Source: Terriglobia bacterium (GTDB lineage Bacteria; Acidobacteriota; Terriglobia; Bryobacterales; Bryobacteraceae). From it: DNA of 64,000 nt. Under the pieces are notes generated by a model. That model made no database searches. It had not been told where the DNA came from and saw only the letters and a list, made by a program, of their open reading frames with translations. Numbering within the stretch: the first letter of the stretch is position 1; the number at the start of each line of letters is the position of its first letter. Made by a program: the position numbers and the translations under genes. The stretch is from NCBI GenBank assembly GCA_963765085.1, contig CAVXVL010000037.1:29852-93851 (forward strand), read 5' to 3'. Positions 17,544-26,659 of this stretch are shown in pieces.

Positions 17544-17843
17544 GTGAGCGACCGAAGACAAGTGCTGCGGGGCCTCGCCGGGCTGTTTTCCGCGGGCGCG
17601 GTGGCGGCGTCGGCGCAAGACGCAACACCCAAGCGGGAAAAAAACGTCGTCAAGGGCGAACGCGAAGCGAAGAAGATGCTGCTCCTGATGGATAAGGACA
17701 ACAACGGCAAAGTGTCGAAACAGGAGTTCATGAGTTTCATGGAAGCGGAATTCGATCGCCTGGATGTAGACAAAAGCGGCGAATTGGACGTCAAAGAATT
17801 GACGCAAGCGAGAGTTCGAACGACGACGGGAGTTTCGCGGTAG
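17544..17843 (+). CDS. exported EF-hand calcium-binding protein (two EF loops)
   Basis: GTG 17544 after GGGAGAGGA. Tat-like leader SDRRQVLRGLAGLFSAGAVAASA. EF loops DKDNNGKVSKQEF and DVDKSGELDVKEL. Lies immediately downstream of the porin stop. Confidence 0.7.
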   Translation: MSDRRQVLRGLAGLFSAGAVAASAQDATPKREKNVVKGEREAKKMLLLMDKDNNGKVSKQEFMSFMEAEFDRLDVDKSGELDVKELTQARVRTTTGVSR

Positions 17844-17847
17844 ACAA

Positions 17848-18291
17848 GTGAACACGGACACACTTCTAAACTTCGCGTGGGCGATCCTGTGCATCGGCGC
17901 ACTGGGTCGTACTTGGCGGTGCGAGCGGCAACGCGCGCACCCGCGAAGCCGGCGTGTGCGAATTTCGCGTATGGCCTCGGTCTTCATGGCGGGGCTGATC
18001 CTGTTCCCCTGCATCTCTATTTCGGACGACTATGCCCGCGCGCGGCTGCAAAACATCGATCCGGCTTCCAGTTCTCGTCTGGCGGCGCGGACGGAGGGCA
18101 GCCCCAACTTTCTGCTGGCGTCACAACTTGAGGAGACCGAGCACATTCGGCCGGTAGTCCCCTTTGTTCTGGTTTTGGTTCTTTGTTTTCTGCTCGTCGT
18201 CCTCCCCATAGAGCGCGCCACGCTGTGCGCTTCTCATTGGGACACCCGTGGCCGGGCCCCCCCTTGTGCTCTTCTCCTTCCCGCTTTTTGA
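17848..18291 (+). CDS. hypothetical small membrane protein preceding the efflux operon
   Basis: GTG-initiated ORF with three hydrophobic segments and no recognisable domain. Confidence 0.35.
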   Translation: MNTDTLLNFAWAILCIGALGRTWRCERQRAHPRSRRVRISRMASVFMAGLILFPCISISDDYARARLQNIDPASSSRLAARTEGSPNFLLASQLEETEHIRPVVPFVLVLVLCFLLVVLPIERATLCASHWDTRGRAPPCALLLPAF

Positions 18292-18364
18292 AATTTAAGT
18301 TTCAGGAGCAAGTCCAGCTTTGTAGAGAAGCAACCGGCCTATCCAGGCCGCGAAAAGGTGTTGG

Positions 18365-19633
18365 ATGAAGAGACATTTACAGGTCCTATTGTTTTTATGG
18401 GGCGGCCTGGCGGCATCGGATTTGCTCGCCCAACGCCCCTTGACGTGGGAAGAAGTCAAAACGAAATTCTCGGCCGCGAACCCGACTTTACAGGCCGCGC
18501 AACTCAATATTGACGAAGGCCGCGCAGCGGAAATTACGGCGTATCTGCGCCCCAATCCGGATTTCAGTCTGACGGCCGACGGCTTTCAGATCGCGCGTAA
18601 CAACGGCGTGTGGGCCCCGCTCAGCGGCGTCGTCGAAACGCCGGGACTCAGCTACCTGCACGAGCGGCAGCACAAGCGCGAACTGCGGCGCGACCAGGCG
18701 AAGGAGAACACGGCGATCTCAGAATCGACGTACCTCGATCAGGAACGTAATCTGGTCTTCACTCTGCGCAGCGCCTTCGTACAAGTGCTGCAGGCGAAAG
18801 CGGTGCTGCAGAACGCGACGGAGAATCTGGCGTATTGGGATAAGGAACTGGATGTGAATCGCACGCGCTTCAAAGCGGGCGACCTTGCGCAAGTCGATCT
18901 AAATCGTCTGGAATTGCAGCGCGTTCAATTCGAATCCGATTTTGAAACCGCGACCGTCAATCTGCGAACTGCGAAGATCCAACTCCTGATGTTGATGAAC
19001 GAGCGGACGCCGATCGAGCGGTTCGACGTGACCGGACCGTTTGAATTCAGCGCGGAACTGCTGCCGCTCGAAAACTTTCATAAGGTCGCCATGGAGACGC
19101 GGCCCGATTTGAAGGCCGCGATGCAAAACATAGAGCTCGCGAAAGTCACCCACGATCTTGCGGTCGCCAACGGCTCGACCGATCCGACCTGGAGCGTGTG
19201 GTATTCACACAATCCGTCCTTCGCGAATTCCTCGGCGGATGAAACCGTCGGGGGCAGCGTGAGCATCCCTTTGCGCATCTTCGATCGCAATCAGGGACAA
19301 AAAGCGCTCACGCAGATCGACATCGGAAGGAACGAACGGTTGCGCGATGCCAACGAAGCGCTCGTGTTCAGCGACGTCGATTCGGCGTACTACACGATCG
19401 TTCAGAACGTGAATCTTCTGAAGCCGTACAAAGACAAATACCTGCCGCTGGCAACCGATGTCCGCGACAGAATGTCGTTTTCGTATCGAAATGGCGGCGC
19501 GTCGTTGCTCGATTTCCTGGATGCAGAAAAATCGTATCGCGATACGCGGTTGGCTTACTTGAATTTGATTGGCTCGTATTTAACAGCCGGCGCCCAAATG
19601 AATATGGCCGCGGGCCGGGAGGTCATCCAATGA
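18365..19633 (+). CDS. TolC-family outer-membrane efflux protein (CzcC-like)
   Basis: 422 aa with a signal peptide and two OEP-type repeats (LTWEEVK...NPTLQAA; ...ARPDLKAA). The stop overlaps the next start (ATGA at 19630). Confidence 0.85.
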   Translation: MKRHLQVLLFLWGGLAASDLLAQRPLTWEEVKTKFSAANPTLQAAQLNIDEGRAAEITAYLRPNPDFSLTADGFQIARNNGVWAPLSGVVETPGLSYLHERQHKRELRRDQAKENTAISESTYLDQERNLVFTLRSAFVQVLQAKAVLQNATENLAYWDKELDVNRTRFKAGDLAQVDLNRLELQRVQFESDFETATVNLRTAKIQLLMLMNERTPIERFDVTGPFEFSAELLPLENFHKVAMETRPDLKAAMQNIELAKVTHDLAVANGSTDPTWSVWYSHNPSFANSSADETVGGSVSIPLRIFDRNQGQKALTQIDIGRNERLRDANEALVFSDVDSAYYTIVQNVNLLKPYKDKYLPLATDVRDRMSFSYRNGGASLLDFLDAEKSYRDTRLAYLNLIGSYLTAGAQMNMAAGREVIQ

Positions 19634-20823
19634 GTCGTCTTTTTATTCTTAAAGCGGTTGCTGGCGCGGGCCTGGTCCTCTTCCTGGCCGGTTGCGAAGG
19701 AAACGTCAAGGCCAAGGAGGGGGTGCCAGGACGGGACCGGTCCCGTGCCGGTCACGGTCGAGGCCGACCTGGACGCAAACAATTTCAAAGTGGATAAGCC
19801 GGAACAGTTTCCGCTGGCCACCGCCGGCGAGCATATCGCGGCGCCGGAGCTGAACGTCACGGGCGTGGTAAGTCCGGACGTTTCACGACAGGTTCCGGTG
19901 CCGTCGCTCGCCACCGGGCGCATCGTCGAAATCAACGCGCGCCTCGGCGATGAAGTGAAGAAGGGTCAGATCCTGTTTAAAGTTCGAAGCACCGACGTGG
20001 CGGGCGCGTACTCCGACTATCGCAAGGCCGTGAAGAACCTGGATCTCGCGATGGATAACGAGCGCCTGACGAAGATCCAGCTGGACCGTGCCAAGCTTCT
20101 GTACGACGGTGGTGCGATCCCCAAGAGCTCGCTCGATATCGCCGAAAACGCGGAAATGGGCACGAAAACTGCGTCGAAAACGCCAGGATCGATATCGAGA
20201 CCGCTAAAGAGCATCTGCAGGTGCTCGGCTCGGATCCGGAGCATCCTTCGGGAATCGTCGACGTCATGGCGCCCGTTTCTGGAACGATTACCGACCAACA
20301 GATCACGAATCAATCCGGCGTGCAGGCGCTGACGCCGCCGAACCCTTTCACGATTTCCGACATGTCGCACGTGTGGATCATCTGCGATGTGTGGGAGAAC
20401 AACATGTCGCAAGTGCACGTCGGCGAATATGCGGACGTGCATCTGGCGGCATATCCGGACAGAGTCCTGAAGGCGCGGATCAGCAATATTCTGCCGATCG
20501 TCGATCCCGACGATTCGCACCGCGAAAGTCCGCCTGGAGGTGGAGAATCCGGGACTGATGCGGTTGGGGATGTTCGTCACCGCGACATTCCACGGCGAAA
20601 CGATGGAAAAGCACGCGACGGTTCCAGCGACAGCCATTCTCCATCTGCACGATCGCGAATGGGTTTACACGCCCACCGAGACGACCGGCACGTTTCCGGC
20701 GCATGGAAGTGGTCGCCGGGAGCATGCTGCCCGGCAAACATGCAGGAAGTCGTGAGCGGACTGAAGCCGGGAACGCCGGTGGTCGCCAACGCACTGGTCT
20801 TCCAGAACACGGTTGAGCAGTAG
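19630..20823 (+). pseudogene. RND efflux periplasmic adaptor (CzcB/HlyD family); at least 5 frameshifts as assembled
   Basis: ATG 19630 encodes the lipoprotein leader MSRLFILKAVAGAGLVLFLAGCEG. Family sequence then continues through ORFs 19658.., 20221.., 20540.. and a third frame (RRMEVVAGSMLPGK). Frame changes are at about 19710-19745, 20150-20165, 20508-20518, 20693-20700 and 20738-20745. Confidence 0.8.
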
Positions 20824-20835
20824 GAACCGCATCAG

Positions 20836-23800
20836 ATGATTCGCAAGCTTGTCGATTTCGCGCTGGAGAACCGCTTCCTGGTCTTTGCGGCGGCGATTCT
20901 GCTCTTCATCTGGGGCGGCGATCGCGTTCCACAATCTCCCCGTGGAAGCTTATCCCGACGTCGCCAATAACTACGTCGAGGTCATCACGCAGTGGCCGGG
21001 AATCTCCGCCGAACAAATCGAGCAGCAGGTCACCATTCCGCTCGAAATCGTGATGAACGGGATTCCGGGCGTCGTGAACCTGCGCTCGTTCTCGATTTTC
21101 GGGCTCTCCGATTTGAAGCTGGTCTTCGATGACGACACCGACAACGCCTGGAACCGTGAGCGGGTTCTCGAACGTTTGTCGCAGGTCACGCTGCCCGCCG
21201 AACGTGGTCCCGCAGATGGGCACCGGACTGGAGTCCGGTCGGCCAGATCTATTTCTTCACGCTGCACAGCACCAATCCGGCGTACGATCCGATGGAGTTG
21301 AAGTCGCTCGAAGACTGGGTGGTCGAGAAGAATTTCAAATCGGTTCCGAATATCGTCGACGTGGCGAGCTTCGGCGGCCCCACGCGCGAATATCAGGTTC
21401 GCGTGGATCCCAACAAACTGATCTCCTACGGCCTGAGCATCGGTCAAGTGGAGCAGCAACTCACCAACAACAACGCCAACGCCGGCGGCAGCTTCATTGA
21501 AGCGGGCCTGCAGCAGATCAACATTCGCGAAGTGGGATTGGTGAAGACCGTTCACGACATCGAAAACACGGTGCTGATGACCAAAAACGGGACGCCCCTT
21601 CACGTGAAGGATATCGCGGTGGTCCAGCAAGGCCCCAAAATCCGTCTGGGCCAGTTCGCTCGCGCGATCCGCCATGAAGACGGAAAGATCGTGGATAACG
21701 ACGACGTGGTTTCCGGCATCGTGCTGCTGCGCAAAGGCGCCGAGGCGGACGCGGCGCTCCGAGGGCATTCACGCGAAAGTGGACGAACTCAACGACCATA
21801 TTCTGCCGGCCGGCGTGAAGATCGTACCCTTCATCGACCGCAGCGACCTGGTGCACTTCACCACTGAAACCGTGCTGCATAACCTCACCGAAGGAATCAT
21901 TCTCGTCGTGGTAGTCCTGTTTGCGCTGCTCGGGAATGTGCGCGGCGCGATCATCGTCGCGCTGACCATTCCCTTCGCGCTGCTGTTCGCCGCGACCTGT
22001 CTCAGCTTGAAAGGGATTCCGGCGAATCTGCTGTCGCTGGGCGCGCTCGATTTCGGAATGGTGGTCGACGGAGCGGTCGTGATGGTGGAGAATATCGTCC
22101 GCCACCTGGGGCGCACGGGCCATAGCGACCGAACACCGAAGCAGAAAATCTTCGATGCCGCGCACGAGGTGCAGAGGCCGGTGTTTTTCGCGATCGGCAT
22201 CATCATCACGGCTTACCTGCCGATCTTCACGCTGCAACGCGTGGAAGGCCGCTTGTTCAAGCCGATGGCCTGGACGGTGGCTTTCGCGCTGCTCGGCGCG
22301 ATTATTTTCTCGATGCTGATCGCGCCCGCGCTCGCCAGCGTGCTGTATCCCAAGGGAACGCAGGAATGGCACAACCCCGTGATGGCGTGGCTGATCAAGG
22401 CTTATCGCAACGCATTACGGAAAGCGATCCAATATCGCTGGCTTACCGTCGGCTTGGGCGTCGCGAGCCTTTTCGTCTCGATCTTTCATCAAGACGCAGA
22501 TCGGCTCCGAATTTCTGCCTCACCTGGACGAAGGCTCCTTGTGGGTCCGCGGCACGCTCGCGCCGAGCACCGGATATACGGAAGGCTTCCGGGTGGCGAA
22601 CCAGGCTCGCATCATATTGTGCTCGTTCCCGGAGGTGAAACAGTGCACCAGCCAGGTCGGGCGTCCCGACGATGGAACCGACACGACCGGATTCTTCAAT
22701 ACGGAATATTTCGTCGATCTGAAACCGAAAGAGGAATGGCGGCCCGGCTTCCATCAGAACAAAGAGGAAGTTATCGCCGCCATGAGCAAGGAGCTGGGGA
22801 GCATTCCAGGCACTTTGTGGAACTTCTCCCAGCCGATCGCGGACAACATGGAGGAAGCGGTCAGCGGCGTCAAAGGCCAGCTGGCCACCAAAGTTTACGG
22901 CGACGATTTGAGAACGCTGGAGCGGACAGCCGATCAGATCGTCGCGTGATGCGTCAGGTGAAGGGAATCGAGGATCTCGGCGTGTTTCGCGTGGTCGGCC
23001 AGCCGAACGACAACTTCATCGTCGACCGGCAAGCCGCCGCGCGTTATCAAATCAATATCGCCGACGTTCAGGACGCGATTCAAACCGCGGCGGGTGGCAA
23101 CGCACTCACGCAGGTTTTGCAGGACGAACAGCGCTATGACCTCGTCATGCGCTATCTCCCGCAGTTCCGCGACACTAAGGAAGCACTGGAAAATATCCGG
23201 CTTCTTGCTCCCACGGGAGAGCGCGTTTCGCTCGCGCAATTGTGCAAGATCGAAGAGCGCGACGGAGCTTCCGAAATTTACCGCGAAGGCAATCAACGCT
23301 ATATCGCGATCAAGTACAGCGTGCGCGGCCGCGATCTCGGCGGCGCGGTGGAGGACGCGATCAGTACCGTGGGCAAGAAAGTGCAATTGCCTCGCGGTTA
23401 TCACTTGCTGTGGGAGGGCGAGTACGAAAGCGAAAAGCGCGCGGAAGCCCGTCTGCTGATCGTCGTGCCGCTGACGATCCTGCTGATCTTCATCATTCTG
23501 TACATCATGTTCCGCTCATTCAAATGGGCGATGCTGATCCTGGTCAACATTGCGATCGCGCCCTTGGGAGGGTTGCTCGCGCTATATCTTACGCACACCA
23601 ACTTCAGCGTGTCCTCGGGCGTCGGGTTCCTGGCGTTGTTTGGAGTCTCCGTCCAAACCGGCGTCATCATGCTGGAGTACATCAATCAGCTGCGCGTGCA
23701 AGGACACGCCATCGCGGATGCCGCGGTGGAAGGAGCCGTATTGAGGCTTCGTCCCATCATGATGACGATGCTGGTCGCGACGCTCGGCCTGCTGCCGGCC

Positions 23801-23978
23801 GCCACTGTCGCATGGGATTGGATCGGATTCGCAGCGGCCTTTCGCCATCGTGATCGTCGGCGGACTGATCTGCGCGCTGTTCATCAGCATCTTCGTGCTC
23901 CCCACGCTGTATGTGTGGATTGCCGGAGAAGACGACATTCTGCCGGAACGGGAAGCGGAGTTCGACGAACACGGCTGA
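20836..23978 (+). pseudogene. CzcA/CusA-family heavy-metal RND efflux pump; about 7 frameshifts as assembled
   Basis: MIRKLVDFALENRFLVFAAAILLF... from ATG 20836. Conserved RND sequence can be followed across ORFs 20849.., 21129.., 21292.., 21674.., 22539.., 21674-frame again and a final frame ending ...GIGSDSQRPFAIVIVGGLICALFISIFVLPTLYVW...DEHG, with TGA at 23976-23978. Frame changes are near 20915, 21195, 21225, 21760, 22490, 22945 and 23806. Confidence 0.85.
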
Positions 23979-24071
23979 GGCCCATGAACAGGCTCTTCCG
24001 AGGGCCTTGCGGCAGGACAGCGGACCGGGCCGCGGGATCTTCACCCGGCCGGATCAGAGGACGGAGGAAAC

Positions 24072-24758
24072 GTGAAGACCGCCAAAGTACCCGAATCCAC
24101 AATTCGCGACGGCATTCGCGCCCGCATCGAAGAGATCGGCATCATACCGGCCATCCGCCTGTCGTCGGCCGAGGACGCCCTGTTCGCTGCCGAAGCGATC
24201 ACCAACGCGGGCATTCCGATCGTCGAAGTGACGATGACGGTTCCGGGCGCTATGAACGTGATCCACGAGCTGGTTCGAGCGCACCCGGATATGATCGTGG
24301 GCGCGGGCACGGTGCTCGACATTATGGCGGCGCAGCGCTGCTTGGATGCGGGTGCGAGTTTTATCACCAGCACCGGGTTCGACCGCGAAGTAGTGGATTT
24401 CACGCGGAAGAAGGGCGTGGTTGTGATCCCCGGCGTCCTGACGCCGACGGAAGTCATCGAGGCGTGGAAGGCCGGTTCCGATTTCGTAAAGGTATTCCCG
24501 TGCGCTCAGGTCGGAGGACCGGGGTACATCAAAGCTCTCAAAGGTCCCTTCCCTGAATTACGCCTGATCGCCGCCGGGGGCGTCACCCAAAACAGCGCCC
24601 CCGATTTTATTCACGCAGGCGCCGTCGCGCTGGGCATCGGTCAAAATCTGATTCAGCCGCAGGCCATTCAGAACCGGGAACGGGACTGGATTCGCGAACT
24701 CGCGCGCCGCTTCCTCCGCATGGTGCAGGAAGCGAGAGCGGTCGTCGCAGAAAAGTAA
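24072..24758 (+). CDS. eda: KDPG / 4-hydroxy-2-oxoglutarate aldolase
   Basis: GTG start. Family-typical IIPAIRL, IPIVEVTMTVPGA, VGAGTVLD, PGVLTPTEV, GSDFVKVFP, LIAAGGV. Confidence 0.85.
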   Translation: MKTAKVPESTIRDGIRARIEEIGIIPAIRLSSAEDALFAAEAITNAGIPIVEVTMTVPGAMNVIHELVRAHPDMIVGAGTVLDIMAAQRCLDAGASFITSTGFDREVVDFTRKKGVVVIPGVLTPTEVIEAWKAGSDFVKVFPCAQVGGPGYIKALKGPFPELRLIAAGGVTQNSAPDFIHAGAVALGIGQNLIQPQAIQNRERDWIRELARRFLRMVQEARAVVAEK

Positions 24759-24823
24759 TTCCCACGATCGGTGGGCGCCAGCCCGCGTCACGGTTTCGCT
24801 TGCGCCGGCGGTTCTCCCACGCG

Positions 24824-25963
24824 CTATTTTTTCGCGGGCCCGGCCACCCGAGGCAAGGAGAAAAGGACGCACAGGCGATCCCTTTCCGGCGGTTTGGGAT
24901 CGAAGTCGAGCGTTCCGCCGTGCGCGAGCGCAATTTCGCGCGCTTGATACAGCCCCGCCCGTGCCTCTCCCCACGCGCTGCGCGCCCGCGTTCCACCGTA
25001 AAGAGGCTCGAAAACGCGATCGCGCTCCAGCGGCGAAAGTGAGCCGGCGTGGCTTGAAATTTCCACCACGGCAAAGGCTTCGCGCGCTGCGATTTCGACC
25101 GTAACGGAGGATTCAGTCGCCGCCTGTTTGCTCACGAAATCGAGCACTTGACCCAGCGCGACCAGGATCAAGTCCGCATCCGCGAGCACTTCGCAAACCT
25201 CCCCTCGATTCGCGAAAGTGATTTCGCGTTCGGGAGACTTTTGCGTGTACTGCTGCACAGCCTGCGCGGTCAGCATCGTGAGGTTGGTCGTATCCACGCG
25301 GGGTTGAATTTCGCCCTGGTCCAACCGGGCGATCCTATCCACCCACGAAATCAGGTTCCCTAGCCGCGAGGCTTCCTCCTCCACCATACGCGCCATTTCC
25401 AATTGCACCGGTGACAGAGGCCCTGCCTCGCGAAGTCCGCCGGCAGCCGCGAGAATGGCCGTCAATCTGTTCTTGAACTCGTCGCCTAATTGGCGGCGCA
25501 GGCGCGTGCGCTCGTAAAGAGCGGCGACGAGAGCAATCAACGGCTCGACGGTTTGCTCGGGATCCTTCAGCCCTTTAAAGGCAATTACCGCGGTAATCCG
25601 GCCGTTCGCCCGGATGCATCGGATGGTGATGGCGGAGGCGGGATCGTCGTTATCCTTGCCGCTCAGACAGGCATTTCGTGTGAGGGACTCCAGTTCAGGC
25701 GTGGCCGATCCGATGCGATACACCGTTTCCGTGCGCGCGTCGAACAAGCAGATCGCGGTGATCCCGAAAACGCCCTTGAACGGCGTCAGAAGTTCGGTTC
25801 CGTCGGTGATATTCGGCTCCAAAACGAGCAGGTGCTGAGCGAGTTGGAACAGTTGGTGCAGCCGTACCTTTGACAGCTCCGACACTTTCGCGCCTTTCGT
25901 CTTGCTGGGAGATGTGGGGTTCGCGCGATCGCTGGATGCGCCTCCGCCGACTTGGGAGGTCAC
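24824..25963 (-). CDS. soluble degenerate histidine-kinase paralogue (pseudo-kinase): no TM domain, phospho-acceptor His replaced by Asp
   Basis: Aligns with HK 13484..15022 and HK 30019..31638 from the post-membrane linker (LHQLFQLAQHLLVLEP) to the C-terminus. The H-box reads LGDEFKNRLTAIL (paralogues: LAHEFKTPLSTIL). The N-box reads VLDFVSKQA (paralogues: LLDNACKYS). The G2 box reads EARAGLYQA (paralogues: GSGLGLYVA). Confidence 0.8.
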   Translation of the reverse strand: MTSQVGGGASSDRANPTSPSKTKGAKVSELSKVRLHQLFQLAQHLLVLEPNITDGTELLTPFKGVFGITAICLFDARTETVYRIGSATPELESLTRNACLSGKDNDDPASAITIRCIRANGRITAVIAFKGLKDPEQTVEPLIALVAALYERTRLRRQLGDEFKNRLTAILAAAGGLREAGPLSPVQLEMARMVEEEASRLGNLISWVDRIARLDQGEIQPRVDTTNLTMLTAQAVQQYTQKSPEREITFANRGEVCEVLADADLILVALGQVLDFVSKQAATESSVTVEIAAREAFAVVEISSHAGSLSPLERDRVFEPLYGGTRARSAWGEARAGLYQAREIALAHGGTLDFDPKPPERDRLCVLFSLPRVAGPAKK

Positions 25964-26018
25964 AGCAATGGCTGGCGACAGGAGACGGGGCTGTCTTTAC
26001 AGACGTTAACTGGGAATC

Positions 26019-26035
26019 CATAAAAAAGTCATAAA
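26019..26035 (-). promoter_or_regulatory. KdpE-operator-like direct repeat (TTTATG-ACTTT-TTTATG), facing the pseudo-kinase gene
   Basis: Minus-strand reading tttatgacttttttatg, 56 nt upstream of the start at 25963. Confidence 0.5.
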
Positions 26036-26224
26036 AACGCGTTCCCGTGGCAATGTTCAAAGAATCGTGCCGACACCGAGTGGACCGCCGACGAAGCAGA
26101 TCGATACCGTCAAACGCGTGCTCCTTCGCGTGTTCGAGCGCGCGACCGCCGAAAGACGGCCTCTCGCGCGGGACACGGTTGCTTCATGAGAAACACGATT
26201 ACCCCATGAAAAACTCACGGCTTT

Positions 26225-26241
26225 TCTATGAGTTCTTCATG
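26225..26241 (+). promoter_or_regulatory. degenerate KdpE-operator-like direct repeat (TCTATG-AGTTC-TTCATG)
   Basis: Plus-strand tctatgagttcttcatg, about 420 nt upstream of the porin start at 26660. Confidence 0.35.
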
Positions 26242-26387
26242 CCTTTCGCACTATGCTCAGACCGTGCGAGTGAGTCAGAAGAAAATGTAAAACTTCTTAT
26301 CTTGATGACGGCACGGGACGTCGTGGATGGGGGATGCGGTCTGTTATGAGACCCATTAAAATTTCCTTTCATTCTTCTTTCACGCTT

Positions 26388-26404
26388 TTTATGACTTTTT
26401 CATG
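26388..26404 (+). promoter_or_regulatory. KdpE-operator-like direct repeat (TTTATG-ACTTT-TTCATG), facing porin 2
   Basis: Plus-strand tttatgactttttcatg, 256 nt upstream of ATG 26660. It is preceded by AAAATTTCCTT at about the same distance as at 15646-15656 upstream of porin 1. Confidence 0.5.
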
Positions 26405-26659
26405 AGCCCGGTTGCATACTGGGTCCACAACGCAGCTCAAGAAAAAAAGCCTCGATCTTCAGGGAGGCTTCGAAGGCTTGGGCGGCCCAGGGTAATTTAA
26501 GCGACTCCCGTCCGAAATTTACTGACACCATTTGCCGCCACACCCCGGTCCGGTACGGCAGCGCCCCTCGAGACACGCTTTCGGGGGCAGTGTCAGAGAA
26601 CCATAGCCAAAGTTCTATCGCTCGCTCTCTGTTAGGCAGAGGGCAAGGAAGGATATTTC

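Noticed and set aside
19630-23978. Programmed ribosomal frameshifting or recoding as the explanation for the broken efflux and housekeeping genes
   Set aside because: There are far too many sites (about 30), in both +1 and -1 directions, without slippery heptamers or downstream structures. Several sit at plain homopolymers.
21674-24556. 960-aa ORF, the longest in the track
   Set aside because: It is not one gene. Only parts of it carry RND-pump sequence. The rest is Arg/Gly/Pro-rich read-through typical of an open wrong frame in GC-rich DNA, and it runs across the pump stop (23978) into eda.
26047-26349. 100-aa ORF inside the pseudo-kinase/porin intergenic region
   Set aside because: It has no RBS or domain and its composition is not protein-like. 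The region is better explained by the operator-like repeats it overlaps.
26405-26659. c-di-AMP (ydaO-type) riboswitch in the porin leaders
   Set aside because: I considered it because that class often controls K+ genes. I cannot recognise its pseudo-symmetric conserved core by eye, so I left it as an untested possibility rather than a call.
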